A stretch of 64,000 nt of DNA from Mobula hypostoma. Taxonomy: Eukaryota. Below, piece by piece: positions 47,221-61,339 of this stretch. How positions within the stretch are numbered: position 1 is the first letter of the stretch; the number at the start of each line of letters is the position of its first letter. The notes beneath the pieces are model-generated. The model worked only from the letters and a program-made list of their open reading frames with translations, made no database searches and had not been told where the DNA came from. Location: the NCBI RefSeq assembly GCF_963921235.1, contig NC_086097.1, positions 189,598,001 to 189,662,000 on the forward strand, given 5' to 3'. A program made the position numbers and the translations under genes.

Positions 47221-50200
47221 CGTAAGTACAAAATACTGTTTGTTCAAGGCTGCAACTCTCAACGGAACAGTAGTAAAGTAGAGCAGTGAATTTAGACCAC
47301 ATGACATGAACTACTTATTTAAAAAAAAAAATCACATATAATTAATTAAATAACTTAAACAAATCCTGACGGTGTTTTTGCCCGATATGTCACTGTTTAT
47401 TCATTTCCGTAGATGCTGCCTGACCTGCTGAGTTCCTCCAGCATTTTGTGTGTGTTACACAAATGAAGTTATGCAAGGAGCTAAACATTTACATTCAAGT
47501 GCCCATATATTTACTCTTTCAATGGGTCCCATCATTCACAGAACACTCGGCTGCAAGCTGCATTTATCATCTCTAAATTGTCTATTCTAGACACAGTTCC
47601 AAAGGGTCAATTGTCAAGCAGTTCTCATACACATTCTCATTTCACATCCTGTTCTGCAATCATTGACTGAACATAATTCATGTCCTTGAATACATTATAT
47701 TATGTCTGTGCACCATCATCTTCTTGGTGTCACCAAAGTGCACTGAAACTTCACACAGAATCTAATAACTAAATCAATAACAGCAATAGTTAAGTTTAGG
47801 TATTACATTTGCTACCATTGCTGGACAACATGAATTCATTTGCAATTTCTCTACTTTTTAAAACCCTCTACCTTTGTGCCTCTGCTTTCACTCTGCATGT
47901 AGACACCAAACACATTTTCCATTTCCATTGCCACCTCAGAAGTTATGGAGACAACTTGTCTGACTTTCAATTTTTGGAATATCAACTCCTTTTAGACTGT
48001 CCAATGTTACTAAGCCCACAAATGCTGAAGAAGGTCTTCAGAGCTCTCAGCTTGCCCTCACATTGCAATGCATCCAACTTGATCTGCTCTTGATTCAGAC
48101 CATTCAGTAATTTTGTAAAAAACAAGAGACATTTAGACATTCAAATCTCCCACAGAATTCGTACAACCTCACGTTTTGTTAGGATTAACCCAATCAATAT
48201 CACGTTACTGCATCACATAGCCTGAGGCTTTTCACCTTGTATGTAGACTCTTTCAATGATTCAACTGTATTCCTGAAGCTTCAGTGAACCAGCTCTCACA
48301 CTATTCAAACAGATCAAAATTCCTGCTCTAAACCACCTGCTTATGAAGTCTGGGAATAGTTGCAATGTTTGGAAAACACTAACTTGTCAGAAAAATAATA
48401 CCATTGTCTTTGGCTACTTATAATGGACTGTCCTTAGACTAGGAACATGCAGTTCTTTGACAGACATGTTGCTTTGCTTTGCAGGCCGTGGTGCCTTAAA
48501 GTGTTTTTATAACTCTTTATTCTAATAATTCACTACCCCCAACATAATATTAGCTTGATGAGTGGAAAAATACATGTCACCCAGAGTAAAAACCGTAAAT
48601 TCATTCCTCTCAAACAATGTATTTAATATATCTCTGGGGTTAAATTCAATATTAAGACCATAAGATATAGGAGCAGAATTAGACCATTTCATCTATCCGG
48701 TCCTTCAAGTCTGTTCAAATGGATAATTATTATTAATATTATCTATTAGCACATCAGACCTATGTTTGAAGACACAATGTTATTTACTGCAGTCATCTGG
48801 ACCCACCTGGTTCGATGCCATGACTTGTCCTCAGTTTTCTTACCATACAACATAAGCATATTTTAGGTAAACTGCTGTTTTACTTCCTTCCTGAAAGGTT
48901 CCACATGTATACAGATGCCTGGCTTTCCTCTTAGCTCAAGGGTCACGATCCACTCCAGATGTAATGTCATTAAATTTGCTCTATGTTGCCATGACAGTGT
49001 CTCACCACCATGTTTGCACTTGTAGGTTGAGCTGTTTCTATTCACTGCTAGCTCGCCCAGCGTCCTTTCTCTCAGATTCATGTTCTCACATTTTACAAAT
49101 TCTCGGTTGATTCCTGCCAAATGTTATGCCTTAATGAGTTGCTCTTCAAAACAGCTACTCTCTGTTCTAAGGTAGTTACACAGTAGTATTTAAAGTATCA
49201 TTTTCCTTAGCTATTTTTCTTGAACTGCTGCTGTAACACTGGTCTACAAGTGTCTCCTTATAATCTGATTGGACTAAATCTGATGAGAGGTTTCTGGATA
49301 CTCTCCTCGCCAAAAATTATCCTCTGAACTTTTCAAAAACAGTATTCCTGAATCTGGCCCTTTCTGAGGATTGATGCAACTCACAGCCTGGACTACAATG
49401 GCAACTCGACCTGAAACATCGATTTCCACAGCCGCTGAGCTCCTCAGGCATGTTGCATTTTGCTCCAGATTACAGTATCTGCAGTTCCTTACATCTCCCA
49501 TTGACCCATTTGTCTCTAACAGAAACATAATAGTTCATCTCACAAACATGAGAAATTCTGCAAAAGCTGAAGATAGCTTGGGAGGCCTCAAGCATAGTTT
49601 CCCAACACCATTTTACAGAAAATGGTGCAGGTATTTTGAATATGCATTTAGCTCTTTCCTGTTCATCTATAGAAATTGCTAATTTTGTTGGTAGTATCTT
49701 CTCTAAAGAACTGCACCTGTGAATATCTATGCCTTTATCCTGTAACAGAGTTAGTACCAGAACGTACAAGTCAGAAAAACAGAACTGTAGGAGATGGTGT
49801 TGAGAACCCATAGAAAGTAATTGGAGACAGATTGGAGGACCCTTTTATATAAAGTCACCTTAAGGAGAAGCAGGTGGCCATCATGGGGTCTGGTACTATA
49901 TATTCAGTGGCAGCTGGAGATTAGAGGTAACAGGGGAGGACTTCATATTCCTATTTAATTGCCCTTACCACTTACTCCTCAACCCACAATCTTGCTGGTT
50001 TATGAGAATCACAAGGTTTAAACTGCACGCACTTGTGCATTTCCTTTCCTTCTCCTAATTAGACCTGAATGCCTTTTTACTTAGAGGTAATCAGTAAGAA
50101 TCACTTGTGCAGGTCTCAGGTGCTATGATTCCATAATTGGAAGAAGTTTATGATGCCACAAAGTTGATGATGTCATTACAGTCAAAGCTAAGCACGCCAT

Positions 50201-51646
50201 GCGGTCACATTAATGGTTGGCACACACATCATGAATAACCAAGTCTGGAGTCATGTCATGGTGAAAGAATTGCTAGTATACCATCTTCGTGGAAGATTGA
50301 GGATGTAGACTTATACAGAGGCCACAATTATTCTGTAGGACTTGATTGAGCACTTTGAAAGGGTAGTTCATCGCTCAAGAGAGATGTACATTTTCTATGA
50401 TGTTTGGACATTATCATGTCCACAAGCAAGACTATGCAAGATGTCTACTGGCATGAGGGAATCCAGATTCAACTGTATAGATGTCTTTGCTCAAAGCTTG
50501 GAGCTCATCCTTTCCAATGTGGTATTAGTGGGCAGCTCTATGTGCGACATTTGATGGTAGACATCTCAGCTTTCGTCATGATTGGGGCAGAAGTGATGCA
50601 AAGTTGGTGGTGCAGTGAAAACTCAGTTTACTGTCTTTTGGACTGTCGGCATCACGTATGCTGTCTGAACTTTTACAGACCACGAAGTGAGCTCTGTGGA
50701 TGGGAAAGTAAGTTGTACAGAGAACATAAGGAGGTTTCTAGGGGAAAAAGATGGGTAAAGCAAGTTGAAAGGGATCTGGGAAATGGTGTATAAAGAAGGA
50801 AGATGTAAAAGTGTCCATTATGGCAGGAAATATGAAAAATAAACATATTACCTAAATGTGAGAAATTGCAGAGTTCTGTTAAGCAGAGGAATTTCAAAGA
50901 TCACAACATGATGTACAAATGGTTAGAATGCAGGTGAATCAAATAATCAGGAAGGCTAATAAAATGTTTTTGTTTATTTGTGATAGAAATAAAGTACAAA
51001 GCTAAGATGATTATACTTCAGTTATACCTTCCTAAACTATCCTCAGGATTGTTACCACTGCTGTTCTGTGGGTTCCAAGGTAATTGACGACAGCAATATT
51101 GGAAATGCAAAATCTTCGACAGATGTGGCAGGAGGTATGTGGTGGGGTATAGTTTTTGAAGTGGTGCACTTGACTTGCTATTTATGCAGAGCTTCTGTGT
51201 GATTCCCATGTACAAACATGTGGTTCTTAATAATAGTCCAAATGCTGCTTCTCTACTTGTGCAGATGCTACGCCAATGATTCACTGGTGTCTGTAAGGAA
51301 GCTCCATATATTTTCAAGGAGGTTTTGACAACATTCTTGAACTTTTTGCTCTGTTCAGATAATCTCATTCCTGTGATGGAGCTCTGAATGAACAGTGTGC
51401 ATGTTTCAGGAGTTTGCTATCGTGTAGGCAGACAACATGGCCTGTCCAGTGGTGCTGTCAGAAAGTAGTTAGGGCCTTAGTATGGTGTTGCTTATCCATC
51501 TAAATGATTTGGAGGATTTTGGAGATACAGTATGATGGTAACCCTCCAGTGCAACTGTTCAGTGTCTGCTATGGGTAATTCAGGTCTCAGAAGCAGATAG
51601 AAGTGCAGGAGCCACAGCTGCCCGGTAGACCATGAGTTTTGTATCA

Positions 51647-52055
51647 TTTTTTTTTGGCGTGTACGTGCGTGCGCGGTGCGCGTCTGTGCATGTGTGTGTG
51701 TGTGTGTCTGTGTGTCTGTGTGTGTGTGTGTCTGTGTGTGTGTGTCTGTGTGTGTGTCTGTGCGTGTGTGTCTGTGTGTGTGTGCGTGCGTGATGTTGGC
51801 GGGACGATGTCTTTTTCATGCCTTTATAAGGCGCGGAGCGAGAGAGCGAGAGAGAGAGAGAGACTGTGTGGTGAGCCACTCCTCACACAGACATTTCGCA
51901 GTATTTTCCCTTTTATTTTACGAGGTCGAGTTGCAATCTCGACACTCAACCCGGCATGGATGGAAAGCGTACTCGGGAGCGGCCCCGACTGGATTCGAAC
52001 CCAGGAACCTTCGTTCCAGAGTCCAGCGCTGATGTCATTGCACCACCAGCCGGCC
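51647..52055 (-). mobile_element. tRNA-derived SINE with (CA)n and A tail
   Basis: Head ggccggctggtggtgcaatg...gggttcgaatcc (A and B boxes), then a (ct)n and (ca)n region and poly(A). Confidence 0.75.
51690..51790. repeat. (TG)n/(TGTC) microsatellite
   Basis: Directly visible. Confidence 0.95.
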
Positions 52056-52989
52056 CTCGTATCGTGTTTAAGCCCTGATGTTCCAAGCATCTTTTTCATA
52101 TGCAGGCCAAACTGTAGCTGAATTTAAAGTAGTGTACTTCATCTCGCTAATGCTTTGAAAGAAGTGCCCCAGATTTTATGTCTATAAGCTTATGAGGCCT
52201 ACAGTGCTAACAATTGGTTAAACAAACTTATGTAAACTCCCTAAAGCACAGAGATCCTGAAGCAGAGGATTTTCTGGTGCAAAACCTTAAGTATAGGGTA
52301 TCGAACACATAGAAATTCTTTCCTTCTCAGATGAAAGGCAGAAACTCAGTCCCTTCTTGTCTTCAATGATATTCAGCTGCAAGGTGGCAGGTCAGTGATC
52401 CAGATGTTTGAACAGTACTGTATCTTGATAATACTGTGCGTCTTGAATGTAGAAATCAGTAAGGGGTGGAGAGAAACATGTTTTAATATATTTGCTGTTC
52501 ATCTGAAAGATGACACTAAGGTGTGAAGGCACTTGTTAGTTTTATAGGTTCCTACATAACCTCAGCCATATGCCTCACCCTCAGTAAATAGTCAATATAT
52601 GCAATTATTTTCGGGGTTAATTGTCTGGCAACCACTCTTATTAAAATATCAGCAGCAGGCAGAAAACTAAAAAGTTATTAAAACAATTTTTTAAAATGTG
52701 CTTCAAATTATGCACTTATTGCACTGAGGCGATTCCTATTGCAATCTAATGTTGTTGTTATATGTGCTAAGAAAATAAAAGTTGGGATGAACTGCCAGCA
52801 ATGAAAGTGCATGCTAAAACTTTTAATAATTCGATAACACTTTTGTCTTCCTTTGTAAGTAATGAGCTGCTTATGAAATCAGGAGAATACTGAGCTTTGA
52901 AGGAAACCGTTTATAATAATTCAATTTAACTCTAGCATCATGAACTAAAGATAAAAATAAAAGCTCCCTCAGTGAAAATGAGGCCCTCT

Positions 52990-53515
52990 GTTGAATGGAG
53001 TCAACTATGGATGTTATGTCCCAGCTGACTACATGATACGCAAGCCAGGTCAGTTTGATATGGAGAGCAAGCTGTTGTCCGTGTAGCAGGCTCACCCTCT
53101 CCTCACAGCTGATGAATCCAGAGGGACAGCTGAGACCGATACAGTTTGGCACTCCTGGTGTCACAGGAGTTGCCAGTCAGTATTGAACTCAATGTAGGAC
53201 TTCCTTGGGGACTCCAGCTCTGGATTTTTCCTCGGGGATTATTCCTTGTCTTCCCCATGAATGGGTATAGCCGCAAGGCAGTGGAAGCTTGAGATCAAAT
53301 TGTTCCTTCTCCTAGGTGAGCTGCTAACCATCTGCCCAAGTGACTGGTTTTAAGGCAGTAATCCACCTTTGCCTCTTCTCCTGTCAGTAGAAATGGTTCC
53401 ACTGGACGTACTATGTTGAACCACACGTGAAAGCCAGGAGCTGGACTTGGTTGTCAGAGGCTTTTTGAGACACACGCCAGTGGGAGCGTTTAATAGGTAG
53501 TGAAAGCTTATCTCA
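52990..53515 (-). mobile_element. Non-autonomous retroelement related to the SINE at 1809-2099
   Basis: 53070-53165 aligns by eye with 1885-1980 (gttg.cc.tg..gca.g.c.c.ccctctcc...cag.ttggcac). Confidence 0.45.
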
Positions 53516-53599
53516 ATTAACATCATTTCTAATAACTTCTAGCATTTTTATCATTGATAGTCTGAGGGTCTATTATAGGACAAGCAATATCTAAGTATT

Positions 53600-54672
53600 A
53601 GGGTCATAGAGCCCAGAATTGTCCAGCACAGAAACAGCTCTTCAGCTAATGCCAATCTTTTTACACATCTTCACTAATCCCAAATATCCATATTATGTCC
53701 GTATCATCCTATGCCCTCTGTCAGTCCAGATGCAGGGTCATGTCTGAAATGTCAGCTGTTAATTCCCCTCCATAAATGCTGCCTGACCCACCGAGTTCCT
53801 CCAGAGTTTAGTGTGTTGCCCCAGCTTCCAGTATCTGCAACCTCTTGTAGCTCTTCCTGTGCTACATAGTTATGTGGCCATTTAAATATACTTTGAGCAA
53901 AGTTATTGTATCTGCATCACTTCTTCTGACAGCATGTTCCAGATACTAACCAATGTCTGTGTAAAACATATTTCTCTCAAATCCCCTTTAAAACTACTTA
54001 CTTTCACTTTAAATCTATTCCCTCTTGTTTTAGGGATCTCTATCATGAAAAACAATATTTTGGCTGTCCATTCTATGCATGTTCCTGATTTGTTTTTACT
54101 CTGCCAGGCCACCCCTCAATCTCCTTTGATCCAGGGAAAGAAAACTCAGCCTTTGCAATCTCCCCCTATAACTCAAGCTCTCTAAACCAGATAACATCCT
54201 GGTGAATCTCCTGTGCATTCCGTCCTGCACAACCATTCCTTCCAATATCATGGCCTCCAAACCTGTACACAATTGTCCAGGTGCCTTCAAGTTAGTGTCT
54301 GTAGAGTTAGAGCAGAACTCTTAATATCCCAACTTAATATCTCACTTTTATTTTCTGTGCACTGACCTATGATGAGCTTGTCATCAACCTTTCCACCACC
54401 CCATCCACCTGTCTTCTCAGTTTTAGGGAACCATAGAGTTGAATCCCAAGGTCCCACTGTTCATCAACATATTTTAGCGGCCTACCATTTATTGTATATG
54501 TCCTAATTTCATTTCACTTCACAAAATGCACACTGCACACATCAAGATTAAATTTCATCTGCCTACTCTGCCCAACTTTCCATCTGATATTCGTATATCC
54601 TGCTTTAGCCTTAGGCAACCTTCTCTCTACACACAACACCATCAATTTTCATGTCATCTGCAAATGTATTAG

Positions 54673-54710
<38 letters not shown>

Positions 54711-54850
54711 CCATAGCAAAGGTCCCTGCACTGATACTTGCCTTACACCACTGGACACACATTTCTAATCAGAACAGCATTGCTGAACTGTCACCCTCTG
54801 TCTCCTATCATCAACCAGTTTTGGACATAATTTGCCTTCTATCCCATGTA
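53600..54850 (-). mobile_element. CR1 3' fragment(s) with embedded Penelope remnant
   Basis: TRGNRFKVK...FTQTLVSIWN and HRRFTRMLSGL...QRRLRG. Pseudo-LTR-like segment at 53720-53850. Confidence 0.7.
54675..54708. repeat. (TA)n microsatellite
   Basis: Directly visible. Confidence 0.95.
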
Positions 54851-56581
54851 CTTTTAAATAAATAACTCTCATTTTCACCATAAAATACAATGGAATATTT
54901 ATTAGATCTATTAATTGATAAAAAACTAAATTTTGTCACAACTTTTCAAAATGTTGTTATCCTTTGTTCTTTTCTATAGAATCAATTTCTGAAACAGAAT
55001 CTGTTTTTCTTAGTGAATGCAACATGATTTCCATAATTCGGCTTCAGCAGCCATGATCCAGAATCCATATCCTCCCAGAGTATTCTCAAGAAAGTGCATT
55101 CATAATCATTATCTCAAATTACAAGCTTAGGACATGATAATTAGTTTACATAAATAAACTAATAATTTATAATTGAATAATAATAATAAAACCCTGCAAA
55201 TGTTTGAGTAGGCTATACTTCAATAATTTACCATGCATTAGCTATCACGGGAGGAGACATGGCCTCCTAGGGGTGAGTAGATGCTAGGATAAATCATAAA
55301 CATGGTAATTACTTGTGTTGGGACAAGGAGCGATTAGTGGGGAGGGAAGTTGAGGAAAACAGCCTTCTCAAGCCTATCCCCATACTAAGTTTAACAGTCC
55401 TTCACTGAGCTAAACAACAGCTTTCTGCAACTTAAAACATCTTAAATCTCTAACATTTCCTAATTCTGATGAAATGCTGAAACATTAAACTTGTTTTTTT
55501 CTCTACAGATGCCACCTGACCTACTGAGTATTTCCAATATTTCTGATTCCCCATAGTAACTTTGAAACTTCTAATTGTTCCAGCCACAATATTTTTTTAG
55601 GCAAGTGAGTCATAACATGCTTCTTCACAGCAAGGTTAAAAGACAGCTTTTCTAAAAAAGCTTGCTGTGAACTCTTCTTTCAGATGACTATGCCCAAAGG
55701 CATTTGAGGGTCAAACTTGTTTCTCACAAATACATTAGCATAAGATTAACAGTGATCATCAGGAATGGAATCATAAGTATGTCAGATTGTGAAGTGGTAG
55801 ACTATAAGCCATGTGGACTTTGATGACTATCTGTAAGTTTTTAGTTGCATTTTATGGAAATAATTATCAAATGGAAGAACAGTGTTTCTAAGTTGGGGAA
55901 GAAACACTGTGTGATGTTTCTCATGACCTTGCTGCCATGAGCAATACAGAAACCAGAATGGAGGAATTCTGATGATAAAAATATAATAAAATGTGTAATT
56001 TGTACCTGTGTAGCAGCTAATGGACCAACATTAACTTCTCAGCTATATTGGAGCAGGTATTGAGTTTGGCCTTTCAATCTAACAGAGATATTGATTATTC
56101 CTGATATGGGACTGCTGCATGATTCGATAGGAAGTGTGTGAAGGTATTGTGGGTTTGCAAAAGCAATTAAAATTTAGTCAATGGTTTGTCAATCTCCAGC
56201 AACTAAGCATAGGATACAATATCAGCATTACACACATATCAAATGTATTCACAAAAAATGGCAGTGGCCTTGCAAATCCAATACTATGAATCCACTACAG
56301 CGGGGTAGAGAATCCAAGGCGGATCGGTCTCTGTTTCTTTAAGCAGCCGGGATGATATTTCATCTGGACTTGGATATTTATTTACTTTCAAGAAGTAAAT
56401 CACATTGCAGCTTTCTTTTCCACTACACTTATCCTATCCAATATTACACACCCAGTGTTTTTAACTATAATGTGAACTTCATCAATGCCATTTTTGAAAA
56501 TAGGTGCTCCAAAGTATTAATTTTGATCTCTAATAAACATAACCATTTATTCGATTTTCTTTTATTCTTTATAAACGTATA

Positions 56582-56965
56582 AAACGTATAAAATCCTAAA
56601 GGGATTGGACAGGCTAGATGCAGGAAGATTGTTCCCGATGTTGGGGAAGTCCAGAACGAGGGGTCACAGTTTGAGAATAAAGGGGAAGCCTTTTAGGACC
56701 GAGATGAGGAAAAACTACTTCACACAGAGAGTGGTGAATCTGTGGAATTCTCTGCCACAGGAAACAGTTGAGGCTAGTTCATTGGCTATATTTAAGAGGG
56801 AGTTAGATATGGCCCTTGTGGCTAAAGGGATCAGAGGGTATGGAGGGAAGGCTGGTACAGGGTTCTGAGTTGGATGATCAGCCATGATCATAATAAATGG
56901 CGGTGCAGGCTCGAAGGGCCGAATGGCCTACTCCTGCACCTATTTTCTATGTTTCTATGTTTATG
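56582..56965 (+). mobile_element. Young 5'-truncated CR1 of the same family as the intact copy
   Basis: Nearly identical to 40145-40520 (DRLDAGRLFPMLG...YGGKAG, same 3'UTR and ttctatgt tail). Confidence 0.92.
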
Positions 56966-57914
56966 TATGTCTAACACGTTTCATTTTTTTACTTGGCTTG
57001 TAGTGCAAGCATCTGCCTCCACCAGCAGTTATGTTACCCATTCTAGACCTCAACCATTCTCTACACCCTTTGGGTTGAAAAAAAATCTCAGATCCCTTTA
57101 ACCCTCATACTCCTCACCTTAACCCTATTTCTTCAGCCTGAGATTCTTCTGTCATGGGGAAAGATTTCCTACTATTTTCCCTATCTATGCTCCTCATAAT
57201 ATCTCAATCATGTTTCACCTCAGTCTCCTTTGCTCGAAAGAAAACAAACCCAGTCTCTCTAGTCTTCCTTCGTAACTGAAACTTTCCATCCCAGGGAACA
57301 TCCTGCCGAATTGCCTCTGGGCCTTCTCCAGTGCGATCATGCTCTAATTTCATTCCTGACTTCTTAAAATCTGCTTACAGAAGCTCATCCAATTTTGTAA
57401 CCATGTCAGCATTATCACTGTGGATCACAGATTCTGCTTCACCCTTCCCCTTCTAAATGCCACCACTCAGTTACATCCTTGTCCCTGGCCTTTGGATGAC
57501 AATGTATAATCCGTAAAACAAGGTTGCAATGCAGAAATTCCATCTGTTTTACTTACTTCACTAACTGTTCCTCTTTTGAGTTTTCTCTACCTTTCCAATG
57601 AAGTACAGCCACTGATGGTTAGATCTGCAACAATACTCTTCAGAGAAAACACCTTCTCCCTTTGGAACTCGTAACCAAATACTGGTTAGACAGCAAGCTC
57701 CCCTGTGCTTTTTTTTCTGTTTGTCTGGCAGTCATCCAGTCCCTCTCTCACCCACGCTCACTTTCTCAAATAATAAGCAGCTAAAGTTTGCTGTCCATGA
57801 CACACTCAGTCTCAAGCATGGGCTAACCTGGACATGATGGACATTCCACCGTAACCTATTCTCTCTACCCTCATCAACTACCTCCCCACACCCCACCCAT
57901 ATTCCAACACTCAC

Positions 57915-58070
57915 TTACCCGCTAGAGGCAATTTACAGTCATCAAATAATCTACCAGATGTAGAAGAAAACCCGAGTACCCAGGAAAACGCCAGATACAG
58001 GGAGAACATGTAAGCACTATTCAGCCAGAACCGAAAGTCGGAATTGACCCTATGTTGTGAGCCCTAGGCC
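57915..58070 (-). mobile_element. V-SINE-like remnant
   Basis: cccgagtacccaggaaaac...acagggagaacatg resembles the reverse V-domain. Confidence 0.4.
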
Positions 58071-58156
58071 ATTCAACCCATCTTTGACTCTTCTCTATAC
58101 GTCAAATCTCCCAAAGCTCCTTGACCTGCCAAACTTTCTCTCTAGCTCTGCCTATA

Positions 58157-58395
58157 GGACCATAAAATATAGAAGCAGAAGTAGACCATTCAGCCCATTG
58201 AGTCTGCTCCGTCATTCAATCATGGGCTGATCCAATTCTTCCTGTCATCCCCACTCCCCTGCCTTCTCCCCATACCCTTTGATGCCCTGGCTAATCAAGT
58301 ACCTATTTATCTCTGCCTTAAATGCACCCAATGACTTGGCCTCCACAGCCGCTCATGGCAATGAATTCCACAGATTTACCACCCTCTGACTAAAA
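58157..58395 (-). mobile_element. CR1 3' end
   Basis: Reverse complement of 10100-10325. Confidence 0.8.
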
Positions 58396-58929
58396 CCTCA
58401 TTTCTCATCTCAGATTTTTATTGCCTTCATCTGCAGAGGCTATCATTTATACTATTTTCTTTTTAAATTGCTGCCTTATAAATAACTCCATTGACCAAAC
58501 CTTAGGTTATCTGCCCAAATATTTCCTTATTGATTAGAGATGGTAAATTAAATTAGAATAATGATCATCCATAGTCTTATAAGAGGTAGAATGGGGTTGA
58601 GGAGCTGAATGGTCTCTTCCTATCCCTCTGTTCATATTTCATACAATCTCAAAAGGGTTATACCAAGGAAGGAGGCCAGGTGGACCACTGAATCCATATC
58701 AGTTCTTCGCAAGAAGACTCCAACAAGTCCCACTCTGACATCATAAAAAGATTAAAGTAGAAATGTGGAAGACTAGGAGGAGAAGTAGACCATTTAGCCC
58801 TTCAGGTCCGATCCATTATTGAACGTGATCAGGGCTGTATCTCTATCTCAATGCCATGCTCCACTCTGCCATATACCCCTTGATACCTTGAAGCCTGTAG
58901 AAACCTATTTATCTCATTCTTAAATAATG

Positions 58930-60250
58930 CGTGAGGTCAAATAGAGGTGAAATATACACAGCAAAAGGTAGGGCACTGAGGAATGTTAATGAACAGAGAG
59001 ACTAAATGGTGTTAAGTCCACAGTTCATTGAAAGTAGCATCCCAGGCAGAAAAGGTGGTAAAGAAGACATTTGGTCTGCTGGCCTTCATGGGTCAGGGCA
59101 TAGACTTTAGAGTTGGGAGGTTACATCATAATCTTACAAAACTCTAAGAATATTTTGTGCAGTTCTGGTCGCTGCACTATAAGAATGTAATTGTGCTGGA
59201 GAGAATTCAAAGAAAATTTACCAGAGTGTAGCTTGGATTGGAGGACTTAACTTTTTGGGAATATTTAGATCGCCTAGGTTTCTTTTTTTCCGGAAGGGTG
59301 ATCTGAAACAAGTATATGAGATCATGCGAGACATCGAACGGGTGGATAGTGAACGTCTCTTTCCTGTGGTAGGGATAACAAAAGATGGGGGATAGGACGT
59401 AGATCAAGATGAGAAGAATTTGTTTTAAAGTGGATCTGAGAGGTAAGCTTTCTACAGAGTGCTTGATACCCAGAAGTCACGACCAGAGGATATGGTGGAA
59501 TCAGATGCAATACTACGTTTAGGAGACACTTAAATAGAGAAGACAAGATAGAAGGATAAGGTCCTAACGCAGGCAAATTAGATTTCTGTAGGTAGTCAAA
59601 ATGTCAGCATTGAAATATCGGGAAGAAGGGCTCATTTCTCTGTTGTGTGACTCTGTAGGCTGCTGTCTCTGAAGGCAAGTATGATGTGGCACACTTTGAG
59701 AATCTAAGGCAAGGCAGGACATACACAGTTAATGGTAGTGTTTCAAGAAGAGCTGTTGAACACTAGTATCTAAGAGTATAAGTACAATCTTCCCTGAGAA
59801 TAGCATCATCAGTAGTCAGGGTGATGAAAAGGGCACATGGCATGTTTGCTTGCATCATTCAGGGCATTGACCACAGGTGCTGGGATGTCATGTAACAGTT
59901 ATATGAGATGTTAGTGATGCTGCATTTGGAGGAGTGTGTGTAATTCTGGTTGCCACACTGCAAGGAGGTTGATTTAGGTAGAGAGAGTGTAGAAAAGGAA
60001 GTTACCAAGACTGGAGAGCTTGAATTATGAAGAGAGATTGGATAGGTTGGGATGATTTTGTCTGGAGCAAAGAGGCTGAGGATAACATTATTGTGGCTTA
60101 TAAGATCATGAGTGGAATCAATAGGGCAGATTTTTTTTTCCAGTGTAGGCAATTTCAAAACAGGACAGAGATATAAGGTGAGAGGAGAAATATTTAAAGA
60201 TGATCTGAGTTTTTCCACACAGAAAATAGTAGGGATCTGGAATGAAAAGA
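58930..60250 (+). mobile_element. Two tandem decayed CR1 3' fragments
   Basis: Repeated ttctggt.gc..cact and gagagattggatagg motifs. Confidence 0.65.
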
Positions 60251-60507
60251 CAAGAGACTGCAGATGTTAGAAGCTAGTGTAAAAATTTGCTAGAGGAACT
60301 CAGCTGGCCAGGCTGCATCAGTATACGGTGAGAATTTTTGATGTTCTGGGTTGAAACTCAGCATTAAGGCTGAGAATGGAGTGGGATCAGAAGGAGAGAG
60401 AGAAATAGGAGGACTGAAGATGGATTGAGAATGATGGGTGGTGGTGGTGGTGGGGAGAACTGTTCAAACTATCTGGAATTAACTTCAATGAGGAGGTGGC
60501 AGAGACA

Positions 60508-61339
60508 CGGATCTCCCTCCCAGCACTTATCCTTGTAAGCGGAACAAGTGCTACACATGCCCTTACACTTCCTCCCTCACCACCATTCAGGGCCCCAGAC
60601 AGTCCGTCCAGGTGAGGCAACACATCACCTGTGAGTCGGCTGGGGTGATATACTGCGTCTGGTGCTCCCGGTGCGGCCTTCTATATATTGGTGAGACCCA
60701 ACGCAGATCAGGAGACCGTTTTGCTGAACACCTACGCTCTGTGCGCCAGAGAAAGCAGGATCTCCCAGTGGCCACACATTTTAATGCCACATCCCATTCC
60801 CATTCTGATATGTCCATCCATGGCCTCCTCTACTGTCAAGATGAAGCCACACTCAGGTTGGAGGAACAACACCTTATATTCTGTCTGGGTAGCCTCCAAC
60901 CTGATGGCATGGACATTGACTTCTCTAACTTCCGTTAATGCACCTCCTCCCCTTCTTACCCTGTCCTTCCTTCCTTCCTTCATTCATTCATTCATTCATC
61001 TATTTATTTTCTCTCTCTTTTTTCTCCCTCTGTCCCTCTCACTATATCTTCCTCTGATGCTCCCCTCCCCCTTTCTTTCTCTCTAGGCCTCCCGTCCCAT
61101 GATCCTCTCCCTTCTCCAGCCTGGTGTCCCTTTTGCCAATCAACTTTCCAGCTCTTAGCTCCATCCCTCCCCCTCCTGTCTTCTCCTATCATTTTGGATC
61201 TCCCCCTCCCACTTTCAAATCTCTTACTATCTCTTCTTTCAGTTAGTCCTGACGAAGGGTCTCGGCCCGAAACGTCAACTGTACCTCTTCCTATAGATGC
61301 TGCCTGGCCTGCTGCGTTCACCAGCATTTTGTGTGTGTT
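60508..61339 (+). mobile_element. Penelope-like element 3' part (open GIY-YIG frame)
   Basis: ORF 60612..60938 GVIYCVWCSRCGLLYIGETQRR...EH...EEQHLIF. Hammerhead at 61245-61280. Confidence 0.9.
61245..61280 (+). ncRNA. Minimal type I hammerhead ribozyme (one helix I mismatch)
   Basis: agtc-CTGACGA-agggtctcggccc-GAA-acgt-C-aact. Confidence 0.65.

Larger units (their letters stand above)
51100..52300 (-). mobile_element. RTE-like LINE fragment interrupted by a SINE
   Basis: GLKHD|TKLMVYRAAVAPALL..SET resembles the RTE RT C-terminus. Short gatac duplication around the SINE. Confidence 0.55.

Noticed and set aside
51980..52055. tRNA genes here and at about 2025-2099
   Set aside because: These are tRNA-like heads continuous with SINE bodies and tails, with no convincing full cloverleaf.
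51580..52121. ORFs rich in HT or CV repeats
   Set aside because: They are translations of the (TG)n microsatellite.
55020..55100. Possible further RALYL exon (minus strand IMAAEAE)
   Set aside because: No convincing similarity to the DINMAGEPKP segment and no clear splice sites.
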